This document shows, piece after piece, positions 1 through 10,601 of a stretch of 48,853 bases of DNA. The DNA is taken from NCBI GenBank assembly GCA_026025795.1, contig JAPEUG010000098.1:1-48853 (forward strand), given 5' to 3'. The DNA comes from Thelocarpon superellum (taxonomy: Eukaryota). Made by a program: the position numbers and the translations under genes. Under the pieces are notes generated by a model. The model saw nothing but the letters and a program-made list of their open reading frames with translations. It was not told the origin of the DNA and ran no database searches. Numbering within the stretch: position 1 is the first letter of the stretch; each line of letters begins with the position of its first letter.

Positions 1-142
1 CGGAGCTCTGGCATCGCCGGAAGCCGTCGGCGGTGGCGTAGAATTGCTGCAACACTTGGAGCACGGTGGTGAGGAGGGCAACCATGGCAATGGCCAGCGC
101 GGCCGCGGCCAGGTTGGTCTGGACGTCCTCCGAGTCCGACAT
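1..142 (-). CDS. 5' end of a modin (Mod-A)-like protein, running off the window edge
   Basis: Not in the ORF track. ATG at 142 reads MSDSEDVQTNLAAAALAIAMVALLTTVLQVLQQFYATADGFRRCQSS. The hydrophobic segment followed by Q-x-LQQ-(F/Y)-x-ATADG-(F/Y)-RRC matches my recollection of the N-terminus of fungal proteins annotated as modin. Only 47 codons are visible. Confidence 0.55.
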   Translation of the reverse strand, partial: MSDSEDVQTNLAAAALAIAMVALLTTVLQVLQQFYATADGFRRCQSS

Positions 143-1831
143 GACTGCTGCCGCTGTTACGGGCGTCGCTACCTCGAGCGATTTGACACGCGCGTTGCAT
201 GGACTTGAACACTGACGGAGTCAGGGTTGGTCGTGTGAGACCAGCCCAGTTATAAGAATCGGGAGCCGGCCCACTTGGCGAAGGGTGAGGCTGCGGCTGC
301 CATCGGAGAGGAGGACTCCTGTCACGCGTCAGCGTTGTGTTGCTACTCCTCGTCCAGATAACTTGTGGCGTAATGCTGGACGGATCTAGTGGCTCGGTCG
401 CCATGGGGGCCGTCGACTAGTCCAGGCTTCCAGCGGGCAGCTGTCGGAAGCGATTGAGCACCTCGTTCTGCGGTTCGATCCATGGGTCGAGCCGTCTTTT
501 CATTCGCCAAAGGGTCGCCAAGCTGTTGGACGACCGTTTATCCGTCCGCAGTCTGGGATACGGTGCCCGAGCGCCACGGGCCCAAGCTCTGGTCCGCCCT
601 ACGCCATTATTTGAACATTACCATGAGCTCGCATGCCGTTTCGCTTGTCTTCACCCCATGTCTCTGAGATACCGTCGAGGCCAAACGGGCAGACATCTCC
701 AATAGGCCCATGGGTCCATTTTTGGCAAGATTATTGATTTGATCACCGTTGATGCTCAATGGTCTACTCTCCGCTTGACCTTTGGTCTCAAAGTGCCCTC
801 TCTTTGAATAGGCGAAGATAGTCAAGAGGACTGCGTAGAGATACATTGAAAGTCGGCCAGGGTGCTGGCACAGCAAAAGGATGTGGAGCACAGAGGTGCG
901 GAAGAAGAAAGAGCTAGCGCTGGCCCTGACGGACAAAGAAGAGAGTCCGAGTCTGTGTGGAATGGAACTGGGTGGGCTCAATGAAATACCTCGGCAATAA
1001 TTATCCCAGGATCTGGTGCTTATTCTTCTCTCTATTCGCCAGATAGCGATCGCTTGCTACTTAGCATTGGCGTATCCTCTCGTCTACCTGCTCAAACGCA
1101 AGAAGTTCTAGTTATTACTTTGGGGATCCTACGCGTGTTGATTTGTGGGTGTACGAATAAAGCGTCCGGAAGAGAATAGCCAAGGTCCTCCAGACAGATC
1201 TACGCGAAATTGTAGGCGTAGTGTGATAGGATGGCACGCTCATGTTTGAGCACTGATTGAACAGATCGAGGAGAACGATTGGAATACTGAACTCATTAAC
1301 TCAAAAGATCTCCTGATGGAGATTCTGCCTGCATGAGTTGCAACGTGGCGTGATCACCGGAGCATGCCAGCTAGCCGAAGCTGTCCAATGGCACTCTCGG
1401 AATCGGATACTTGATAAGCTTTGCCTGACTTCCAGCCTTGTTCACTCTGACATCATTACCGGACGAGCATGACGGCACTTGAACATCGACAGACGCTTGC
1501 AAGAGCACATGGTATGTTCTCGTCGACCTAGCACAGTAGACTTGGGCCTGGATGCGAGGAGAGCCTAGCCACCACCTAATCTGGTAGTAACAGATTCTCC
1601 ACAACATCAATGACTGTCCCGCAGCAGAATTGGGACGGGTATGGATGCTGGTACTTGTAATTCGAGAGGTTGGGAACTTACCGCCTTCTTCCGCCCGGTC
1701 GGGTCCGTTGGGAGGGCGATAAATGGTGCCATTGGCCGTGCGTCAGCAGGAGCTCATCGCGTCAGATCCAATTAGTATGCCGACCTCCGTCCGTGTCCTT
1801 CCCACCGCCCCACGCACCCCTCTCTGAGGTC

Positions 1832-2450
1832 ATGTCCACGGCAAAGCAGGGATGGGTCACGGGCGGGATTTAGGATCGAGATTCTGCACCGCCATATCTC
1901 TTGCACCAAAACACTACACCACACTACCACCACCAGTTCATTGAGGACGACGCACCACGAAACAGCCAACATGGCCATGCCCGGGTGGAAGAAGTTGAGC
2001 GTCTCTCAGATCGAGCGCGACATGCCGTGCGTGAGCTGCACCGACTCAAGCATTGGTACCGGTATGCCTTTGGGATCTTAGATACCCTAATGCCAAAGCT
2101 ACTTCTGGAAGTACACCACACTAATTGATCCAGGAATCGAGGAAGCGCAAGTGCATCAGCAAGAACACGAGCAAGAGGCATGTCTGTTCTGCTTCGAGCC
2201 CAGTCAGCGGTCGACACAATACCGACGTTTGCCATGCCGGCATGCCTTCCACCGCCAATGCATCGACGAGTGGCTTTCGCAGCGGGACGCGAGCTGTCCG
2301 GTCTGCAGGGTGGATTTCTATCACTTGCTCGCCGTCGCGCTTCCCGCACCGCATCCGTCGCCTGCGCCATCTGCACCGCGCGGGAGGTCGGCGAACCGCT
2401 CGAAACAGCCCCTCTTGCTGCACATGTTTTCGTGGATGGGCAAACTGTGA
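1832..2450 (+). pseudogene. Disrupted RING-H2 (C3H2C3) E3-ligase-like gene
   Basis: An intact RING-H2 motif CLFC..LPCRHAFHRQCIDEWL..SCPVCR lies at about 2180-2310, but its frame has no ATG and is closed upstream by TAA near 2088. The plausible N-terminal frame (ATG 1832) has TAG at 1871-1873 and is offset by one base from the RING frame near 2115-2128. I found no usable intron that repairs either lesion. Confidence 0.6.
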
Positions 2451-2831
2451 GCGTGTTGTCGGTGTATCTTTTGCAGCCGGGCGGTGTTACGGGCATGGGG
2501 CGCGAGGACCGGATGGGAAACGGAGATCTGCGGTACGCTCTACTGGATTCCTCTACTACATCCAAGCAGGAGTCTGGCGTGGCGTGGGATGGTAGGGAAG
2601 ACATCGCAAGGTATGGCGGCGTGCGTTGTCGGGCAGGGTCGTAAAGCTTGGCAGGGCGCATGACGTCAATTTTGGCGCTAAGGTTCGGCGTCCAGTATTG
2701 AGCTCTATTCGTGGCTATCGGGTATCGGCCGGTGCCATAACTACTCGCATCGCATGCAAGACGGGCCAATGGAATTTCGAAGAGTTTTGGCATCGGTGAC
2801 ATACTATGCCATAGACTAGTATTCTATGCGG

Positions 2832-5800
2832 TCAAAGACCAAGCTGGGCATTATCAACGAAATGAGTCCCACCCGCACAGCGATATCCATTCTGCTGCTT
2901 GATCCATTGGAAGCCAAAAGGACACAAGCCCAGGTCACGCAGTTTCGCCTGAATCTTGGCCTCCTCGCGTCTGCGATTCTCCTCTTCTTCCCGCGCGCGT
3001 TCCAGTGCAGCGAGTGCCTCTTCTCGGGCCCGTCGTGCGACCTGCTCGCGAAGCCGCGCCTCTTCGTGTAGTCGCTTGGCCTCTTGAACTTTCGCGTCGT
3101 TGGCCGCTTCTGCCTGTTTCTGTGCGAGGTCGCTCACGCGTGCCGCTTCCGCTCGTTGGTTGTCTTGCGCTTGTTGGAGAGCGCGTTGGTGCGCCGTGAG
3201 CACTGCCTGGACCCGTTGCGCGGCCGTTGTCGCTGCCATCTGGTCGGCCTGCAGCTGTGTCCAGGTCGCGTCCGAGACGCCGGCATCGCGTGTGTCGGGG
3301 TCTGCTCCGGGAAAGAGGGGTTGTTTATCTTCGTCTGGTGGTGGAGTCTCCGTATTCTGCGCAGTGCTCGTTTGTATGTGGTGTGTGGGTCGAGGTGCCG
3401 CGTCCAGTCGCTGGAGCATTTTTTCCACAGACGGCCGACGCGCTGGATCTGGTCGGCGCCCGCACCGTGCTCGTCGTCCGGCCACCATGGTCTTGATGCA
3501 GTGCAGAGCATCATCGAAGGTGAGTGCTACGTGGGAGGAAGATGATGGAGAGGCCGAGGTAGACGTGGCGTTGATTGGGGCTCGAAAGGCCGCGCGCACC
3601 ATGTCTTTGGCCAGCGTCTGTATGTCTCGTGCATTTCCCCAGAACCCAAGACTCGCAAGCTCTCCCACGAGTCTTTCCATCTCCTGCTTTTCCTGGGATT
3701 CGCCGTTGTGGAGTGCCGTCACTCGAATCTGCTGCTTCTCGAGCGTGCGGTCCAGTAGTTGCAGGCATTGTGCTGGACTCATGTCTCGAAAGATGATCTC
3801 TTCTGCAAACCGACTGGATAATCCCGTGTTCACGGCCATGAGCTTGTTTATGTCCGCGTCGTAGCCCGCCAGGATGACGATCAACTTGCCGAAGAATTTG
3901 GGCTTGGTCGTCGCGTCGACCAGCTCGTCGATGGCCTCAGATGCAAAATGTCCTTCTGACAACCGGTATGCCTCGTCCAGGAACAGCACTTTGCCCAGCG
4001 CTTTCTCCAGCAGATTTCGCGTTTTCGGCCCCGTCTGCCCCACGAACTGTCCCACCAAATCGGACGCAGATGCCTCGATCACATCTGTGGAGGAAAGGAA
4101 GCCCATGTCGTAAAAGACCTTGCCCATCTTCCGTGCTGTCGTCGTTTTCCCCGTGCCTAAGCTATGTTAGTGGGGTAAAACGCTGAGATAGACCAGGCAG
4201 GCACGTACCTGGAGGCCCTTTGAAGACAAAATTCGTGGGGATCTGATCTCGAGGATTTAGGTCTCGTGCCTTCATCGCGCGCGCAATTTGCTGATATCCC
4301 TGGAGCTTAGCTACCACGTCATCGCAGCCAACGACGTCGGCAAAGAGCTTTTGAAGGTTGGTCGCGGCGCCAGCCTCACGGTCGAAATCGGGGTCAAAGT
4401 CCTCGGGGCCGAAGATGACGTCCAAGACGCGCTCCGGCAATGGCTTCAAGAGTTGCCGCGATTGGAAACTGCTCTTAGCTCGACTCAGGAGGTTCTCCAC
4501 CTCGCCGGCATTGCCAAAGTTTGGTCGCGCACGTGCCCGACCAAGTACATCCAGCGCCACCGCTTTGGCCTTCTCTGTGGCCTCCAGGTCTTGGTCCTTG
4601 AGCTTGAGCTCTAAAATCTGTCCGAGCTCGGCCTTAGAAAAGTCGTGGAAGTAAAAGGCCCCGTCCACAGGGAATCGTCGGGCTAGGCCGGGGTTGGAGT
4701 TCTGCAGCATCTCGAGCATTTGGTCCTCGTATCCTAGTAGGAGCACGCATCGATCGTCGCCTGGTATACTCTGGACTTCAGCGACGATGGTATCGATCAC
4801 GGCGGTTTTATACGGGTCCCCTTGATTCACTGTGCCCCCGGCCCCGCTGCTGGAAAGCATATACGCCTCGTCGATGATCAACACTTTCCCCACGGTATTG
4901 GCCAGGATGGCTTTGGTCTGGCTCTCCGACTGACCCAATGCACTCCCGATGAAATCGGCCGGATTCTTGACCACCACTGTGGAGCACCATTAAGTCTGAC
5001 GACATTTGCATGGAAAAACCCAAGAACGCACCTTCGCCGTTGCTGAGCAAGCCCAAGTCCGCCAAGATTTGGCCGTACAACTTAGCCACCGACGTCTTGC
5101 CCGTGCCCGGCGGACCGAGGAAGAACTTGTTTAACGACGTTTCCATTGGTTTTTGTTCTTTCAACTCACGCCGATAGTTGGTTTCGATGGTAGCAATCAT
5201 GGCGCGGAGGGACTCCTTGACAGCTTCGAGTCCGACGAGCTTCTGCAGCTTCTCCCACGCCTTGCTGCAGAGGATGGCAGTAGAGGGATTGGGACCAATG
5301 AGATCTTCTTTGGTCAGCTGAAAGTCATCCGGCTTCCGTCCGTCTCTGCGTTCCCGATTGAGTCGGTCGGCTTGGCGTTCGGTAATCTTGGCAAACATAT
5401 TCTGCAGAGCCCCCGCATTACCAAAGCCCGGCCGCCCTCGGCCCCGGCCGAGACGGCTTATGGCGATGCGTGCGTATAGCCCATCCATTTCGTCGGCTAC
5501 CTTCATCTTCCCGTTGTATTTTTGGAGGACGAGCTTGCCCAGCATCGTCAGGAGCTCCGTATCTTCATAGTCGGCAAACTGCAGGGTGTAAGGGATACGG
5601 CGTGGGATTCCAGGGTTGTGTTCGAAGAATGTCTCCATCTCGCGATTGTACCCGGCGAAAATGAAGACCATTTGACCCATCCTATTCTCCATCTCGGCCA
5701 GCAAGAAATCGAGAACTGACTTCCCGCCGAGATTGTGGGGCGCCGTCATTTGATAGGTCTCATCGACAAACAGCGCCCCTCCTCCTGCTTTCTCAATCTC

Positions 5801-8800
5801 CTGCAAATGTTTCATCAATTCTGGGACGCCGCCATTGGCGAGACGAGAACCCGTAGTCTCGATGAAGGCATTTCCAGGCAAAACATCGACCAGGCTCAGG
5901 AACTTGGCGTAGAGACGCGCCACGGTGGTTTTGCCGGTCCCCGGATTGCCTAGCAAGGCCGCATTGAATCGCTCCTTGCTGAGACTGGTACTTTGGCGCG
6001 TGGTGGCATCGACTTTCGCCTTGATGCGTAGGACCTGCGATTTGACCTTTTCAAGACCGATCATGTCCATGATCGAGTCGATGGCGGCGTTGCGGACGTT
6101 TTCCACCTCCTTTTGGCGGCGCCATTCTCGTTCGGCGGCTGATTTCTGCGGAGTCAGTTGAGTACGACGTGCCTCACGCGGTGGCGGTGGTTGCGGCGTC
6201 GCGGGTGCAAGTAATCCCCCCTCTGCTTCGTCGTCTTTGTCTGGTGATGTCTGGCCCTCGGTGGACGCCGAGTCTTCCGTAGACGTCGAGGATGACATGG
6301 GGATCTTTTGAGCCCTGGCTACCGCAAGGTCTGCTTCTTTCTGCTTGATAGCATCCGCACGCTCTTTGATCAGCCGGCCGTCCTTCTGGGCCTGCACTTG
6401 GGCGTCTAATTGCTCATCCAAATGCTGCATCTGTTTTGCGTGCTCGGCGCGCGCGGCATCTTCTTTCTGCTGCCGCTGAAACGCTTGTTCTTGCTTCCGC
6501 TTGAAATTAGCAGCCTCACGGTCGCAAATACGACACGACAACGGACGCTTTCGGTGGCACCGCCATTGTTCTGGGTGACCATTCGGACAATTTCCGTACA
6601 ACACAGATTCGCAGGGTATCTTGGAATGGTCACGCAGCGGATGACATCGTTTTGGGCAGGCGTGCAGGCCGCAACTGAGCATCGTACCACTGGACAGCAT
6701 CATCAGCGTCATGCTCATGGGTAACGGAAAGGCGAAGTGGGGGGACCGGGGAACACACCAGGGTTCCTTGCAGCCGCCATCGGGACACTCCTCATCAAAA
6801 TCCTCCGGGCGGCGTAACAGTGCCGTGCGATCGTGGTGTTGTTCACATCTGACCGGAAGTCCTTCATAGATGCCTCCTCGTTGACGAAGAAGATCAAAGA
6901 AGCGAGTCCAAGCCTCCTTTCCTTTCCGGGCGTGCAAGAAGGTCTCGGCGTGTCCGATCATGATGAGAGCGTTTCGTGCGCGTGAGAGGAGCACATTCAA
7001 TCGCTCGGGTTCTGCCATGAAGCCGATGTTACAAGATGGGTTGCTTCGGGTCAGAGTGGCGATGACAATGTCGCTCTCTTCTCCTTGATAATTGTCTGCG
7101 GTGGAGCACAGGATCATGCCAGCGTCAGCGGAATGGCACAGATGATCTAACATTAGCCATGCGGTAGTTACTTACCAATGGTGGCGATCCGGATGGATCG
7201 CTCGGTTAGATCCGCTTTCATGGGCGAGCGCAGGCCCGCCCCTACGAGATCGGATGAATCTCGGTCATTGAGTACAGGGTCATTGTCTTTACTCAGCAAG
7301 TTTCGGAGAAGACTGAGTTGGCCTAGGTAGGGAGTAAGCACGACCATCTTGTCCTGGCCATAGCCTTGCTGCGCCAGATAGCGCAGGCATTTCAACACCA
7401 TGGATCCCTCAAAGCTATTCTGCTTGGACGAGCCTCGGCCTTCTTGATCCTTGATCTGCGGCTCATCGTTTTCCGGGGAGGAGTGGTTGACAAAGACGAC
7501 GTTGGCGTGTACGCCGCGGAGATCCGGTCGTCCGAGGGTCCCGGGCGCGTCTAAGAGCCCCGGGTAGGTCATGTGGCGCACAAGGGAGGAGATCTCGGGA
7601 CGCATGCGGTGCTGTTTGGACAAGGTATGGTGGGGAAAGCCCTTCAATATCAGTCGCTCGAACAAGGAGCGATTCAGATCGAAGCCTTCCCCTCTCTCCA
7701 CGCTAAGACGGTGATTGTTGATCTTCGGCCGCAGCTGCTTGTGGTCCCCGATGAGGATCATCTGCGATGTCTTCCATCCGAGCGCCGTGAGAACGTGGCT
7801 CTCGAGGATCTCACCGGCTTCCTCCACTAGCAGGACATCGGGACACGCAATTTGTAAATCATTGACATACATTGCGGCCGCGGTCGTGGTGCATCCGATG
7901 ATGCGTTTGTTCCGCAAGACGCAGGGGACTTTTTGGCCAAAGCATTCCTTCAGCTGATCGACATGATTGTTGTAGTCGCCGATCATCCGGCTCAGGTCCT
8001 TCACACGCTCCTTCCGGATCGCGAGAATCCACTGGTCGCGCACGACGAGCCTCGCGGCGTGGTCCATGTCCCAGATCCGGCGGGAGGTGGGGGCGATTTG
8101 CTCAGCGAAGATGCCGGGGTTCAGCCCCTGACTCCATCGATCGAATAAGTAGAAACGATCGACCACTTTACCCTTTCGCCCTATCTGGGTCATCCCCACG
8201 GCCGCCCCGGGGACAGTCAAGCCGTCGTAGAAGAGGCAGTCCTCAAACTCCAAGTAGTGCATCAAAGCCAGCTTTTGCACGGCCGATGATTGATATCGTG
8301 TAAGTGACGTGATCAGCTGCCTCCTTAGAAAGTCCAGCCTGGATTTGAGGATATCAAGTTCTCGCCGCGACTGTTTACTGCCTCTGAAGGTGAATGACTG
8401 CGCGGCCATGCCCAGTGGCTCTGTCCGTGTCGTAGACTTGCTACCTAGGCGCACTAAGCTCTCGGGTGGAATGCCGATGTCAAGTAGATCCTCGAGAAAT
8501 TGATCGAGCGCGTGGTTGGTGTAGCAGACGACCAAGATACGCTTATCGGTGGTATCATGCAGAATCTTGGCCAGGAGGGCGCCGATGAAGGACTTGCCAG
8601 TACCTAGAAAAGGGTAGAATGAGCCCAAGCGTCCTCGTCTTTGCTCCGACATTACTTACCTGGCGGCCCTTGGATCAGGCTCACGCCATCGGCCAGTCCG
8701 GCGACGAGCGAGTCGGTCTGTGACTCGTCTAGCTGCACTGATATCGTCGTCTTGAAGACCTTTTGCAGCTCCACCGACGGCGGGGCTGCGCGAATGCGGT

Positions 8801-10151
8801 CGATAATGGGGCCCGGCGCGTCCGGGGATGTTCGCATGGGACGTGTCGGATGCCAGGCGAGCAGCTGCTCAAGCAGTGGGAGGTGGGTTATCTCCTGTAA
8901 ACGGGTCAAGACCGGGGCATAGGCAAAAACTGCGGTGTCGATCTGCACCAGCCGTATCTGCTGGGCCGTCGGCAGCTTGAGGAGGAGGTGGGCGACGGTG
9001 GCCAGGACGTTGAATTCTAAGACGATGATGGGTGGCTCGAGGGCGAGGAGATCCAGTTTGCGATTCACGGTCGCGAAGGTGACGACCACGCCATCGACGA
9101 CCAGGCAAGCCAAGGATTTGTGTCGGAACAGACTAGGATTTTTGTCAAGGTGGGCCTTGCGTGACTTAATACTGCCCTTTCTTAGGCCGGGAAAATCGGC
9201 AGCGCACTGGAATTGCAGGGCCCAGGGATAATATTTGTCCGGCTCGCTGTCCATGCCGCGTAGCCTCAGGCCAGATACCTGGAGTCCTCTGTGTCTCTCC
9301 TGCTTCTCGCTCAGGACGCCTAAAAGCTCTTCGCGGAGCTGACTGAGCATGTCCTCCCGGAACAGCCGAAATTGATTCTCCAGGTGCAGAGCCAGACGTG
9401 AACCGGTGTGGGCCGGGTCATCGAGGGCGTCGGCCAGGCGGAGGAAGGGAGGCTCCGTTGAGGCGAGCTCGTCGGCAGTGGGGAGGATGGCGACGCATCT
9501 AAAATCGACGTGATCGTTGTCGTGTCGTCCCCCTGGCCCTGCTTCACCCTCAAGCGAGGCTGGGGTATCCAAGGTGGCGAGGCGATTTTTGATTCTCTGA
9601 CCGAACACCCGGATCTCGAGGTGTGGGGAGCCCAGGAGCATTTCGCGGTTGGTAAGGTCTTGAGCCAGACCATGGTACTGTTCGGACTGCTCGGCTGGCA
9701 GCGAGAGCAGCTCGTAGAGCAGCCAGGCAAAAGCTTCGGTCCCACGTTGGTGCAGGCGGCCTTCCCAATACGCCTGGACGAAGGCGTCCCAGAAAATAGG
9801 TGGCTGCACGATGGGCACGATGATCTGCCGTAGTATTTGCCCCCCACTGATGGCTTTGAGCGATGGCGGCCGGAGATATTGGAGCAGATCAGTGGCGGGA
9901 CCATTGAGGAAGACGGGGGTGAGATCGAAACGCATGCACGCTTGCACTGCGGCCAGCCCAGCCTTGCTCGACACCAGGCCATAGATGGACGAGGACGGGT
10001 CGGGCTGGGCGCAGATGGCCTCGATGAAAAGTTTGCCTCTCTGGGCGGCTTGCACCACTTGATTTCCCGAGAGCACGGCTTTGAAGAAGGCTGTCAGTCG
10101 CGTCACGCGGAGATCGGCATCAGGCTGCGGGGTGGCCATGGGGGCGGACAT
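2832..10151 (-). CDS. ZNFX1-like SF1 (Upf1-like) helicase with NF-X1 zinc fingers fused to three CbbX/SpoVK-type AAA+ ATPase domains, 2335 aa, 6 exons
   Basis: Exons 10151-8660, 8603-7176, 7095-6759, 6689-5032, 4976-4209 and 4156-2832 are joined by GT-AG introns and give 7008 nt in frame. Helicase motifs: GRHDND..FR..ILPTADEL, QFRLFREDM, GPPGTGKS, YTNHALDQ, VEEAGE, IGDHKQL, SLFERL, QHRMRPEI, TIDNYQGEE, RLNVLLSRAR. A Cys/His cluster lies at about 6530-6845. Three further P-loops (GNPGTGKT, GPPGTGKT, GPPGTGKT) each have a DE(T/A)Y Walker B and GNA motif. Alternative start at 10139. Confidence 0.9.
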
Positions 10152-10601
10152 GATATTCAGCGGAGGCAATTGGGCTCGACAGCAGCTTCACGGCGTGATG
10201 GAGCAGACGAGAGTGTCAAGTGGAATCAGGTCTCTCGACCGATGGCGAGGGACGGGAAACGGGGCGTATCAGGTACAAGTAGTAGGTACAGTACTTGTGC
10301 GGCTCATCCTCCACCATGCCCCGTGCCCCATGCCCCACTCCATCCATGGGTCGGCATGCAGCCCCTGCACGTCAGTCGTGGCGGCTCGTGGTTCGGTGAG
10401 ATTCCTTCTCCTCATCTGCACCCGCCCGATCTCGTCCTGGGGAGGGCTCTTTCCCCCTCCAGCGGTCAATGCCTAGGACGGGCGGGGGTTTCTGTCACGC
10501 CCCATATCCTCGTCGCCCCCCGCTGTGTTGAGCCTGATCGCTCAAACGGTCTCGCTACCACTTCACATCGGGCACCTGTCCTATTTAAAATCAACGGATT
10601 C
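10152..10601. promoter_or_regulatory. Probable bidirectional promoter of the helicase-AAA and nuclease-fold genes
   Basis: 450 bp separate the two divergent ATGs, with an AT-rich TATTTAAAA at 10582-10590. Function is inferred from geometry only. Confidence 0.5.

Noticed and set aside
1924..2802. 292-aa minus-strand ORF downstream of the helicase
   Set aside because: No recognisable motifs, Arg/Ser/Pro-rich shadow composition, and antisense to the RING-H2 remnant.
4157..8659. Introns at the same position (GPP-G|TGK) in the helicase and third AAA Walker A motifs
   Set aside because: Both follow CCAG|G, a favoured proto-splice context, and the domains belong to different P-loop classes. Convergence is more likely than shared ancestry.
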